Source: the human T2T-CHM13v2.0 reference genome, Homo sapiens. Taken from it: DNA of 64,000 bases. Under the pieces are notes generated by a model. That model saw only the letters and a program-made list of their open reading frames with translations, ran no database searches and was not told where the DNA came from. The stretch's first letter is position 1. Each line of letters begins with the position of its first letter. Below, piece after piece: positions 22,865-36,082 of this stretch. The stretch lies in assembly GCF_009914755.1 (NCBI RefSeq), contig NC_060938.1. One strand, given 5' to 3'. The translations under genes were made by a program, and so were the position numbers.

Positions 22865-23100
22865 TAATGAATTTCTAAATGGGCTTCTATATGCTAACCT
22901 GATAAGACTCTCTGGGGAGAAGGTCATGCTTTCCTTTGCAGCTCTAAATATAAGACACATGCAGAAAAAAAAAAAAGAATGGGAAATGTCTGTTACAGTG
23001 CCAAAATGAAGATAATCAGTATAAATATTAGATTTGTCTTAATATTAAGTTTATGAAATGTAAGTCTTTCAGAAGAACTATCTCAGGATATATTTATTAG
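22865..23100 (+). repeat. Older direct repeat, copy A
   Basis: Colinear with 24988-25216 (taatgaatttctaaatg...gtgccaaaatgaaga...tttattag), roughly 80% by eye. Confidence 0.85.
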
Positions 23101-23189
23101 GTCAATGAAATATTTTATCCATGTGACTGGTATACACACTTCAAAGGAGAACCCAAAATGGCAGGCAGGGGAGGGTGGCTAATGAAAGG

Positions 23190-23420
23190 TATGGCATAGT
23201 AGTTAAGAATATGAATTTTGGAATAAAACTGTTTGGGTAAATCCTAATTCAGAAGGTTACTTAATCTCTTTATGCCTCTTTTTTCTCATCTGTAAAATGG
23301 GGATGGTAATAGTACCTAGCTCACTGAGATGTTACGAGATTTAAAGAGCTAATACCTATAATGGACTTTGCATAATGGCAGCCCGATTGAAAGTTTTCAG
23401 TTAATATGTTTTTATTGCTA
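23190..23420 (+). mobile_element. MIR remnant (boundaries approximate)
   Basis: MIR core ttacttaatctct...ctcatctgtaaaatggggatggtaatagtacct. Confidence 0.75.
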
Positions 23421-23501
23421 CTATGTCAGGTTGCTGGAGGGAAGGAAGAAAAATGGAAATGATCCCCATTTATAGTTTTTGTAAAGTACAGCATTAGAGT
23501 G

Positions 23502-23563
23502 TGGCTCTGGCAACACAGGCAAACTAATCTTTGGGCAAGGGACAACTTTACAAGTAAAACCAG
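23502..23563 (+). CDS. TRAJ37: TCR alpha J segment 37
   Basis: RSS agtttttgt-12-tagagtg (23474-23501); GSGNTGKLIFGQGTTLQVKP; gtaggt. Confidence 0.97.
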
Positions 23564-24153
23564 GTAGGTCTGGATGTTTCCAAGTGAAGTGCAGTTATCC
23601 ACTCTGTTCATTTTTTGTTTAATCTTCTCTGTCTCAACTTCTAACCAAAAACTCTTACTCTTAGGTTATATTTTCCTTTTATAAAAGTAAGTAGAATGTG
23701 TGTAAAGTCTGGTTGATATGATCCTTTCTAACTCACTTGGTTTCAGCTAGTGGCAAAAAGAAGGGTGTATTGGATCTGGAATTCTTAGGTTAAGGCTGAG
23801 AGAATGTGAGTTTGGCTGACTTGGAAGAAATAAAAACATCAAATGTGGGTGGTTCACACAAAAGAAGGTGATTTTTCATAATAATATACTAAAGTAGAAT
23901 CCACCCTTGTGACCACCAGAATTATTCAAGTACAGTCTTCCAAGGACAAAATGGGTAGCATGGAAATGATATGTTTTTTTGGGGGGAAAAAACATGGGGA
24001 GAGAGAGAGAAAGGGGACTATTAGTTGTCTGGATTGTTAGGAAACATGGAAGACAGCACTTCTTGTTGTAAGGTTTGGCAAAGGTTATCACCAAGTAGAA
24101 GTCCAAATGTGTGTAACATACCCCTGGCAAACGTTATAGAAGAAGGAAGCTGG

Positions 24154-24442
24154 GGCCGGGCACGGTGGCTCACGCCTGTAATCCCAGCACTTTGGGAGGC
24201 CGAGGCGGGTGGATCACGAGGTCAGGAGTTCGAGACCATCCTGGCTAACACAGTGAAACCCCGTCTCTACTAAAAAAAAATACAAAAAATTAGCCAGGCG
24301 TGGCGGGCGCCTGTAGTCCCAACTACTACAGAGGCTGAGGCAGGAGAATGGCGTGAACCTGGGAGGTGGAGTTTGTGCCACTGCTGAGATCGCGCCACTG
24401 CACTCCAGCGTGCGCGACAGAGTGAGACTCCATCTCAAAAAA
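24154..24442 (+). mobile_element. Alu (AluY-like) inserted at the head of an AluJ
   Basis: gctaacac and gaatggcgtgaacc diagnostics; perfect TSD agaagaaggaagctgg. Confidence 0.93.
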
Positions 24443-24452
24443 AGAAGAAGGA

Positions 24453-24790
24453 AGCTGGGAGCAGTGTCTCTCACCTGTAATCTCAGCATTTTGGAAGGCT
24501 GAGGCAGGAGGATCACTTGAGGCCAGGAGTTCAAGACCACCCTGGGCAACACAGTGAGACCCCCATCTCTACAAAAAATAAATAAATAAAATTTTTTTAA
24601 AAATAGCCAGGCATGGTAGCATGCACCTGTCATCCTAGCTACTGAAGAGGTTGAGGCAGGAGGATCACTTGTGCCCAGGAGGTCAAGGTTACAGTGAGCC
24701 AAGAACACACCACTGCACTCCAGCCTGGACAACAAAGTAAGATCCTGTCTCTAAAAATATATATTTAAAAATATAAAATAAATAAGTTAA
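24453..24790 (+). mobile_element. Alu (AluJ-like)
   Basis: Diverged dimer with gaggatcacttg diagnostics and an AT-rich tail ending ~45 bp before the TRAJ36 RSS. Confidence 0.9.
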
Positions 24791-24861
24791 AGAAGGAGGA
24801 AGGAGATGAAGAAAATTTGGCTTAGTAGGAAAGTGTTTTTGTACTGGGCAGAAACACTGTG

Positions 24862-24920
24862 TCAAACTGGGGCAAACAACCTCTTCTTTGGGACTGGAAC
24901 GAGACTCACCGTTATTCCCT
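24862..24920 (+). CDS. TRAJ36: TCR alpha J segment 36
   Basis: RSS tgtttttgt-12-cactgtg (24834-24861); QTGANNLFFGTGTRLTVIP; gtaagt. Confidence 0.97.
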
Positions 24921-24987
24921 GTAAGTCCTTACCTCTTGACAAAAAAGCTCTTAGTCTGTAATGACAAGTTCTCACATCCCAGACACC

Positions 24988-25216
24988 TAATGAATTTCTA
25001 AATGAGCTTCCATGTGTTAAACTGATAAAACTCTCTAGGGAGAAGGTCACCCTTACCTTTGCGGCTCTAAATGTAAGACATGTTGTAAGAAAAATTGGGA
25101 ACTGTTAATTGCAGTGCCAAAATGAAGACAGTGATTACAAATATTGGGCTAGTTTTAATGTTAGATTTATAAAATATAAGCCTTTCCAAAGAACCATCTC
25201 AGGGTGCATTTATTAG
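24988..25216 (+). repeat. Older direct repeat, copy B, immediately 3' of TRAJ36
   Basis: Colinear with 22865-23100. Confidence 0.85.
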
Positions 25217-26395
25217 TTTGTGTCTATACAGCCCAATTGTCCAGTTACTTTGATTAATGTTGGTAGCTGATGCAGATATTTAGGGACTTCCTTGAGAAAA
25301 CTTCTTTGTGCTCAAAATTGCATGAATTGAATGGCACATTACCTAAATAATTGCCAAATCTGTTTCACTTTGTGCTGTATAGACTCAGCCTAATAAAAAC
25401 AAATGCTGTTGTGCTTTTTCCCAGTCTGTCTCCTCTCCACACAGAAAGTTTCCCTTTCTACTAAACAGCATCTCTTCACACGAAGAAAAGATGCCCAGCA
25501 AGCCATTTGACTTATTGCTGCTGCTAGTTTGCATTTATATGACTCCTTTCCTTAGAAGGGATGAAGACACTTTATACGACTTATTAGCTAAACAGATTGA
25601 CAGCCTAATTAGGAAGAGAGAAACAGATTCTGAGTATCTTTTTGTGGCTGCTGTTCCTACCCCCTCGTGTAGAACATTTGGTCAGATGGCTCTTTGAGAC
25701 AGAAATAAGACAGGGACGTGGTCTCTGCTTGTAGTGTGGGACGTCTCAGCTGCACCTAAGAGGTTGTCACAGGAGTACTAAATAGGTCAGGGCAACTGAC
25801 ACAGCCAGGAAAATTTCTTTCCCCTAGAACTTGTGTGTGCTCACCAAGCAAAGCGTGACTAATTTTGACATCCATTGTTAGTGTGTGTCTACCCTTCTTG
25901 CCTTTGTTTTCAGACCCTTCCTCTCTAGATCCTTTTCCTTCCATCTCCAACTCCTGTATGTAAATCCCTGCTCTCTCCTTTGAATTCCTGACTGCTATGC
26001 CCATGCCCAGCACCGGCACCCCCACGCACACTGCTGCCTGCCTCTGTAACCATCAGCTGTATTTCTGAGGACTTTCCTAGCTCCTTGAGTGATCCTCAAA
26101 TGGCTCAGGGCCCTGAGGGAATCTTTGCTGAGGGTTGGCCCCAGCAGAGCCGCTGCAGAGGTAGAGGTGGCCACCAAGGGACACAGACTGCCTGCATGAA
26201 GGCTGGAGCTGGGCCCAGGATGAGGAAAAGCCTCAGGAAGGAGGGGCTGACACGAAATAAGGAATACCATGGCATTCATGAGATGTGCGTCTGAATCCTC
26301 TCTCTTGCCTGAGAAGCTTTAGCTTCCACCTTGAGACACAAAACATGTGGTTATGAAGAGATGACAAGGTTTTTGTAAAAGAATGAGCCATTGTG

Positions 26396-26454
26396 GATAG
26401 GCTTTGGGAATGTGCTGCATTGCGGGTCCGGCACTCAAGTGATTGTTTTACCAC
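26396..26454 (+). CDS. TRAJ35: TCR alpha J segment 35 (non-canonical C-G-X-G motif)
   Basis: RSS ggtttttgt-12-cattgtg (26368-26395); IGFGNVLHCGSGTQVIVLP; gtaagt. Confidence 0.95.
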
Positions 26455-26523
26455 GTAAGTATATCTTTTCTCATTTCTGTGGGCTGTTATGTCCGTAAAT
26501 CATATAGAACAGTTCTTCTTATG

Positions 26524-26541
26524 CACACACACACACACACA
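26524..26541. repeat. (CA)n microsatellite downstream of TRAJ35
   Basis: Direct reading. Confidence 0.85.
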
Positions 26542-27400
26542 CCCATTTTCCAGTCACTGAGGAGAAACAGTCTCTGGGTCTACCTACACAGCCAGTTTGA
26601 CCATTAAGATGGTCAAATTCATTTTTCAAGATAATTTTAACTGGTTCCATTTAATGCTGCCAACAGCCAAGGGCATTAGCATGTCGTGGGAACCTAATCT
26701 ATGTTCACTCACTGCTGTGGGAGGACAGTCATTTCTTCTTCTCCCCTGGCAGTCAGACTTCAGAATCCAGCTGACCTTTTCCATGCCTGTCTCTTCTGGC
26801 AGATTAAGTGGTTATTTCCACTAACTTTCTTGTGGAAAAACACACAAGACAGATATATTCTCCTTCAGTTTTTACTAAGAAAGTTTTGTGGTTATCATTT
26901 TGACAATAAACTTCAGCTAGCATAGTCCCTACTATTCATGTTAATAATATCTTGACTTGAACCATCATATTTTCCCCACATCATTCACAATGCATTTCAA
27001 TGCTGTAACCCACTGCACCATCCCCAGCCCTTTTATCTTCACAACGTTCTCTAATAAGGTAAACAGGATCATACATCATCAAACATATGTCACAGACAGA
27101 AAAGCTGACACACAGACAAGTTAAATAATTTAAGTCAAACCAAAAAAAAATCATAACTGGGATTAGAGCTTGAGATTCCCTATTTTCTTACAGTGAACTG
27201 TCTTGAGCTGTCACTTAATGCATTGAAAACATAATAAGCACAGGCCATAGGCATTTTCAGAACATGAAACTTGACTGAAACAAAAACTGACTGTTTGATT
27301 GCTTTGGTGTTTTAAATGTATCCCCAAATCTCCTTTGCTATTGATAGTCATTTGGTGCCAGTGACAGGGAAGAGCAGAGGGGCTTAGGAGGTTTTTGTAG

Positions 27401-27827
<427 letters not shown>

Positions 27828-28353
27828 TAAACAGGAACGTTCTCACAGCACTGCAGGCCACCCTTACCAACTCCGAGCTCTGTAGGGGCCTTTAGCACCT
27901 ATAGCTGCAGAACCTTCTATAAACCAATTAATCTATATGTGAACAATTTAACCTATATGTGAACACCATGGTACTGAGTAAAATCTTACCAGCAGTGAAA
28001 AGAAGGCACTAGAGCGTCAGATGCATTATGACTCTAAACAAATGATCTGTTTCCCTCTTTTGCATTTTTATTTAAAATATCAGGGAAGGTGAAGCAAGTT
28101 CAACTTCTCCAATTTGAAAACTGTTTCTGAATTATGCTTCCCTTGTATGCAGAGAGACCTAGATTGACTTTGGATGTTTAGTCATTCGATTTAATCAAAT
28201 GTAATTAAATGAGCAAATAATCTCCAATAGCCAATATTCCTATGTTGTTTCATTGTTTTATGTGCTTTGCTCTAGACTTTTTGTCTGGGCTTTGTCTCTA
28301 ATAGGATCCCCGGAAGGACAGTGAAGGTTTTTGTTAAGGTTTTTGTGTCTGTG

Positions 28354-28410
28354 TGGATAGCAACTATCAGTTAATCTGGGGCGCTGGGACCAAGCTAATT
28401 ATAAAGCCAG
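28354..28410 (+). CDS. TRAJ33: TCR alpha J segment 33 (canonical MAIT J)
   Basis: RSS ggtttttgt-12-gtctgtg (28326-28353); DSNYQLIWGAGTKLIIKP; gtaagt. Confidence 0.98.
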
Positions 28411-29092
28411 GTAAGTCTCAGAGATGTGACTGCACGGGAGAGGAGACACTAGTTGAATAATGCACAAAGTGTAGCATGCAGATTATATTTTTAAGAACAA
28501 GTCAGCCTGCTGGAGACAATGCACTCAACCCAAATGGGGTCTCCACTCCCAGTGAGAAGCATGTCAGCCGCTAACTCTTTTGTTTGGTCTAGTAGCTTCC
28601 GGAATGAATAATGCTTAAGTAGCCCTCTAAGAGAGCAGAGCCAGGTTGTTAGGGAATATCTAATTCCCTCTGATATGGTTAAAACTCTTTGCCAAGGGCA
28701 GAACCAGCCTCATTCCATTGGAAGAGCAAATTCAGAGAAAAAGGAAAGGGTCACACAGCCAAAGACGGTAAAATGTTCAAAGGTGAAAAATAGCCAAGTC
28801 TGCAGCTCTCCTGACATCCTTGCCTCAGGCTGCTGTCCCACGTGGAGAGCAGATGCCTGCAAAGCTCTCGGTCACTTGCTGGAGTCACTCAGGGTTCTGG
28901 GCCTTGGGATGTAACTTAAATGACAGTGTCAGGGCACTGTCAGAGGAATATGAAGGCTGCAGCGATGCCTGCAAGTCAGCTTTTGCTACACTGGGACTGA
29001 GGTGTTCTAAGCCTGGAAAGACACAAAGCTGTCCTCATCCCAACCTGCCGTGCCCCTCCTTGAGGGTTAGTGTAAGGCTCTGAAGGACTGTG

Positions 29093-29158
29093 TGAATTAT
29101 GGTGGTGCTACAAACAAGCTCATCTTTGGAACTGGCACTCTGCTTGCTGTCCAGCCAA
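29093..29158 (+). CDS. TRAJ32: TCR alpha J segment 32
   Basis: RSS ggttagtgt-12-gactgtg (29065-29092); [21 protein letters not shown]; gtacgt. Confidence 0.97.
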
Positions 29159-30719
29159 GTACGTAAGTAGTGGCATGTGTCAGGTGGATTCTGTGTCCAT
29201 GGCAAGTAGGAAGCGACAGCCACCCTTAGGTGGAAAGGATGGCTGAAGGTTGACTTTGTTCACTGCTGTCATCTCTTATCTGCCGTGATATAGCAGGCTG
29301 TCAAAATTCCCATTCTCCTGGATGGCACACCACAGTCAGGGGAGGGGAAACATGCTAATTTTATGATAAACCCCAGGGGAGAAAAAGACTACTGTGGGAA
29401 AATTTAGTTGAGAAAATCAAATTGTTCTCAACTAAATGCTGCAGGCTTTATGCTTCTGTGAACCCAGTTTCCCAGTTATTCATTGACCCTGAACATACGT
29501 TTACCTGTGCAAATACAATCTCTCCTAACCTATTTATACAATTCTGTGTCTGCCGGTCCAAATGCCTTCTTCTATAGGCCATGTTTTTATTTCTCTTCCA
29601 AAAGAGACTCCAGAGCCATCCTTGGGAAGAGTGCTGAGAAGTCAGGCAGGCCTAACTCCCAGGGGTCAGGGAGGGGAAAGAGAAGGCTAAGGGTAACTTA
29701 GCTCAGTACTAGAACTGTGATCCACGTATCTGTCACTCTATTTCCTACGTTTGCTTCCCTTTTGTTTTCTCTAGAATAAGTTCTTTTTGTTTGCTCTGGA
29801 CACCCACTGCTCCCAGGATGAAAGGAGAGAAATGAGATCAGTTTTGAACACTTCCTCTTGAAATATAAAGAATCAACAAGTTACAGTCATGTTGGGGACT
29901 TCTTCTCTCTCCAAGCTTAAATTTCTATTACGTAAGCCTTACTTTTAACCAAGAAAGTTAGTGACATGGTATCACTGTCTGGGATGCTCACCCCTCTCTC
30001 TTTTCTCCAGATACTCCGTGTATACTAAAGCTCAGCCAATGCTCAGCTTTGTGATAAAGGAGCTGTTGTGTGTCTTTATCTCTGCCTTTAGGATACAGTC
30101 TTTTTTATAACAGAAAGTGTTCACTTCTCCCATTTATTTCATGGCTGGACTCTCTACCCCTTCCTGGCTGAAACAGCATATGGGTCCATGGTGGAACTTC
30201 TTTGGGAAAAAAAAAAAATAGAACTGTTTGACTTTTGCCACTCTTCCCTCATGAAATGTTTTTTAGGCTATCAAATAAGCATTATTACACATTGAGAAGG
30301 CTTTGAAAAAACTTGATCACTGAGTCTGGAGGTGAGCTGGGATGGCTCTGTAGCTGGAAAATATCCCTGTGGGTGTAGGAATGTACCGTCCCTTCAAACT
30401 TGTGTGTTTAGGGCTGAGCTCACACATACGACAGCAAGAGTTGTTAACAAATTAGATTCAGCTTTGGCAGTTTTATGCCTAGAAATGCAAAAGAATTTTA
30501 AAAGCTCATAAGTTTGGCATTTTTAAAGGAGACATTGTTTGCTTTATGTTGCAGAGCCAATTTTTCTTCCTATCATAAAAGGCCAGAAACACAGAGAAAG
30601 CAAAAAAAAAAAAGGAAAAAAAAAAAAAACACAAGGAGAGTCTAACTGCCCCCTCACCACAGTGCTATGTGTTTGGTAGGGTTTTACTATGGGTTTCAGT
30701 AAAGGCAGGAAGTGCTGTG

Positions 30720-30776
30720 GGAATAACAATGCCAGACTCATGTTTGGAGATGGAACTCAGCTGGTGGTGAAGCCCA
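30720..30776 (+). CDS. TRAJ31: TCR alpha J segment 31
   Basis: RSS ggtttcagt-12-tgctgtg (30692-30719); NNNARLMFGDGTQLVVKP; gtaagt. Confidence 0.97.
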
Positions 30777-32603
30777 GTAAGTGGCCATGTTTTATTGATA
30801 TTTGACCAAACAAATAAATCCCGTGAAGTTAGTGGAGATTTAATTTAATATGTAAACAAATCTACTTCTTGAAAAATGACTTTTGTGAATACATGAAACA
30901 CTCGTGATTATTGAGACTAGAGCAATAATGATAAATAAAGGCAAAATGAGACCACCCCAAATCACCTTTAACATTGTGGCTTAGCCCTCTTTCTTCTAGA
31001 GAGATATGGGGCCATGAGCTATTTACAGCCGCAGTATCTCTTAAACTATGTTCTGCAATGACTTGTGTGTTTACTCTGATTTTAGCCACAGAATTTGTTT
31101 TCCATTCTATTAAAAATGAGAATCTATCTCATTTTAAATGCTACTAATATTTATAAGGTACCTTCTTTGTCTCTTGTGCCTGCATATATATTCATTTCAA
31201 AAAGATCTCATAAGAAACCCAAACATTGTCGCATTTTGACAAATGTCCACATCTAGTCCCGTAATGTCAAATTTCACTAAAAACACAGCCTGACTATGCA
31301 AATGCAGTGGAAGAAAAAAACAATTCAGAAATGGATTGACACTCCCAGGTGGCTTTATAAACACCTAAAAGGAAATCCAGAGTGAAATAAAATGGCAGGT
31401 ATGATAACACGATTTTTTTTTAATGATCAATTCCTCCATGGGGAATAAAAGTTTTTAAACTTACCTCCTTGAAAAGGAGGGAAATAGGAGTTCAGGAGCC
31501 TGGCATTCCCAGGTGTGCTCCTGGGGTGTGTGTTTCTCCACATTGCCATTTTGGAGACAATAGGACCCATCCAAATGTCCAACCAAAAAACTAATATTAA
31601 GAGGCTGGAGTCACCACATTGACTGTCTGTTATTAAACCCTATAACAGGTTATAATTAAGATTATGGAATGACTAACCCAAGGAGCTTTAAAATAGGATA
31701 GCCTAGTTTTAAACGGTTCAGCCTTGGGAAATGCTGGAAGACAAGGAAATGAGATAGATGACTCCATAGGTTTGTTTTACGTCTGGTGAACATATCCATC
31801 CCATGTTAATTTTTTTTAACGACTATGATAAAGAGCTTCTTTGGGGTCAGGTAGAACCCAAAGGAGGAAGAGAAAATGGGACTTGGTTCTTTAAGTGTCA
31901 AACAAGGATCCAGCCAGGGTTGAGGGCAATGGCATAAGGCTTCCCTCTCTTGGTGGTGAGAGACCACATCCATGGACTGTGGAAGGAGAACATTTTCTAA
32001 AAGACGGGGATCCCTTGGGCTAAAATGAATGATGCTCATGACCCCCAGCTAGGGCAGGGCTATAATGAGTACAGCAAACATAAGGCAAGGTATCCTCAGA
32101 ATTTGGTGACAGGGCAAATTCTAGAACTTAAGGCTTAGAGCCAGGGTGAAGGGAAGACTCTGTAATGCAGTTCCTTCTCAGGTGGAAATCCAGATATGTG
32201 CCCTAAGTGACCTATTCCTGCCCCATTTTTGTTTGGGCTCTGAAAAGTGGATTCCTAGCTCAGTGGCTGTCTGCCAGGTATCTTTTGCCTTCAGTAACAG
32301 AATTATGTTTGATATTGGAAAGGAGTTTGTTGTATTGTTGGCTTTATAATTCACTCTCAGTGTCAAATGAGGTCATTCAACTTCCTCTCGCACATTTGCA
32401 ATAAGCAGCATGAAATTCAAGCAGAACAACTAGAAGACACAGAGAAAGATGGCTGAGCTGATAATGAGGCCTGTTTATTACAGGAGAAGAGACAATATAG
32501 GAATCTGTTAAGTCCCATGAGGTTGAAATATCCACCAAAAAATATGCAGCTGTCCCCCAAAAAAAAGTCACTAGGAGTTTTTGTTATGGTCCCAATCACA
32601 GTG

Positions 32604-32660
32604 TGAACAGAGATGACAAGATCATCTTTGGAAAAGGGACACGACTTCATATTCTCCCCA
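32604..32660 (+). CDS. TRAJ30: TCR alpha J segment 30
   Basis: RSS agtttttgt-12-cacagtg (32576-32603); NRDDKIIFGKGTRLHILP; gtaagt. Confidence 0.97.
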
Positions 32661-33690
32661 GTAAGTGCTGTTTATGTGATTTTCTGACATTAACTCCCAC
32701 TGAGTTCAAACTGCTGAGAGTGTTCAGTAGGAAAGTTTCTAAGACATGTGGGTGGCCTGTAGGTCCTGGGCTCTTCTCTTGCAGAGGTCCAGTCCTCAGC
32801 CTTTCCACAGCTGAGCCAAATACCAAATTCTCCCCTCCAGGGCTGGAAAAGTTGCTACCAGTCCTCTGCTACCCAAATATAAATTATTTTTTTATTGTTT
32901 ATTAAGAAGAGTAAAAGAATCGTGACACTTTGTCCAGAACCTATTTTCCAGTCTTTTCCCCCAGGCTTGTCCCTGGTAACCTCTGTTTGGACTCATTGTT
33001 AAGCCCAGCGTGATTTTTGGCTCCAACTAAATTGATTTTGGAAATGACTCCAGCATACCTATGACCCCTCTCCTTCCACCCTCCATAAAAGATTTATTTT
33101 TCTTTATTTGGCCTCTGCTGAGATTCCTGGCTTTGATGCCCCAGGATCTCTCATTTCCCTTGTTCCAGGGATAAGTGAGAGATGACTTTTTAAAGAGCTA
33201 CTTTCATCTTAGAGACAACAAAGAGAGTATGCCAGCAAGAGCAACATCTTGCATTGAGCCTTCTCACTCTATGCCATTTTCCAAATCTTTTTCTTTATTT
33301 AGGATAAGTGACCACTCCTTTTTATTTCTAGTACAGCAAAGAGTACATCATGATGTCAGAAACAGGGATTTCCTTTGGAATGTTTTTCACAGGCTAACAA
33401 TAAGCTAGAAGTCTGCAAGCAATTCAGAAATGCATCCCTGAGCTACAACTCCATGTATGGAAGCTCATCAGCAGGGTAGACAGGCAAAGCAGAAACATTT
33501 TAATTATACCATACTTTGTAGAGATTGGGGGAGAAGTGGGCAAATGCGTGCTAAGGAAAAACAAAAACTATGGTTAAGTGGGGAGATTTCTAGATGGTTC
33601 TAACAGGGAAGAAGACCAACAAGAGGAAACTTCCAGGAAAACCACCAAGGCCAGGCATTCAGGGTTTTTGTTATGGAGGAAATCACTGTG

Positions 33691-33750
33691 GGAATTCAGG
33701 AAACACACCTCTTGTCTTTGGAAAGGGCACAAGACTTTCTGTGATTGCAA
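33691..33750 (+). CDS. TRAJ29: TCR alpha J segment 29
   Basis: Consensus RSS (33663-33690); NSGNTPLVFGKGTRLSVIA; gtaagt. Confidence 0.97.
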
Positions 33751-33754
33751 GTAA

Positions 33755-34432
<678 letters not shown>

Positions 34433-34547
34433 CCAAAAGCCATTTTTAAATACATTGCAGGTTTCTATTTAATGTTGTTATTCATTTTGATTTGCCCAAG
34501 TAATACATTAAAATTTCTCATTGTAAACCATTCAAATTACAGATAAA

Positions 34548-34864
<317 letters not shown>

Positions 34865-35373
34865 TCACCTTGGCCACTTCCTTCAGTATCAGTTTCCTCC
34901 TCCCCAAAAGTGACCACTGAAACCAGCTTGGTGTGTTGTGATGAGTTTCTCTGTGGAATATGTTTATGTGAAATCCCATCTTCAACCAGGAAAGCTTGAG
35001 AGGGAAAGGGCTCAGACTGCAGTTTGCAGGATTTCAATTAGATATAAGGAACAGTTGATTAGATGTAAGAGCTGTTAGCAAAGGAAAACCTTATAAAAAC
35101 TAGGAGCTCTTAATAACTAGACAGGTCTTTGGTCAGACAACACACTGACTGAGGACAGGAGGATGGATTCGATGACCTCTGAAAGTCCAGCCAGGACTCT
35201 GGAGGACTCTGAGGAATGGTCTGTTCCATAGCCTGCCTCTGTAATGCCCTTCTCTCTTGCCTATTGTCTGGTTGTTGTTACAGTCTGAGCTTTTGTCAGA
35301 GCTGCTCCTATGCTGTGAGTGGTCTGATTTTCTCAGCATCTCTGGGGTTTTTGCAAAGAAAGGAAACTCTGTG

Positions 35374-35439
35374 CATACTCTGGGGCTGGGAGTTACCAAC
35401 TCACTTTCGGGAAGGGGACCAAACTCTCGGTCATACCAA
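35374..35439 (+). CDS. TRAJ28: TCR alpha J segment 28
   Basis: RSS ggtttttgc-12-ctctgtg (35346-35373); YSGAGSYQLTFGKGTKLSVIP; gtaagt. Confidence 0.97.
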
Positions 35440-36023
35440 GTAAGTTCTTCTTTCTGGCTAATTATTCTTCCCGAGAAGCCTGTCTTCCATCATGCAGAAG
35501 CTGTCAAAACACAGGTGGTGTTTTCTTTGCTTGGTTTGTGTTGGGTGGTTAGTAATATCAGTTGGAAAACAAGGTTATTAATGCACATATTCCCTGGGGC
35601 ATTGTATTCGGACATTTAATATCCATGTAGTCTCTCCCTGTGAAAATATGTGAACCTCCACGAAAAGAAAGGTCCAAGGAAAGTAGCAGGGAAAAGGCAG
35701 GAATTGGATGAAAATAGCCAAAGAGCCTGCAGGAATATAAACAAGGCAGGATCCCAGGAGACAGAGCAGTAGCCACTTGGAGTGAATTTCCCAGGAGGTG
35801 CTCCTGCCAAGGCCCATACCTTCAAGGAAAATTAAGGCAAATAGAATTGGGCTGGGGAGTTGCTACTTATTAGTATTCCTCCCACGTTCTAACCTAATTA
35901 TAAGGAGGTTGTTTTGGCCATGGGCAGTCATCTCAGGTTTTGTTTTCCTGCTTTCCTCCCTAACCTCCACCTGTCTTCCTAGAGGCCTGAGTCAAGGTTA
36001 TTGCAATAGCACTAAAGACTGTG

Positions 36024-36082
36024 TAACACCAATGCAGGCAAATCAACCTTTGGGGATGGGACTACGCTCACTGTGAAGCCAA
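36024..36082 (+). CDS. TRAJ27: TCR alpha J segment 27
   Basis: RSS ggttattgc-12-gactgtg (35996-36023); NTNAGKSTFGDGTTLTVKP; gtaagt. Confidence 0.97.

Noticed and set aside
24214-24735. 173-aa minus-strand ORF
   Set aside because: Entirely Alu-derived translation.
30172-30241. FFGK-poly(A)-IELF stretch between TRAJ32 and TRAJ31
   Set aside because: The poly(A) run obscures the motif; no RSS or donor.
30658-30696. Perfect cacagtg upstream of TRAJ31
   Set aside because: No nonamer at 12 or 23 bp on either side.
36069-36075. cactgtg embedded in TRAJ27 coding sequence
   Set aside because: Explained by L-T-V codons; the nonamer position (ctttgggga) is non-consensus.
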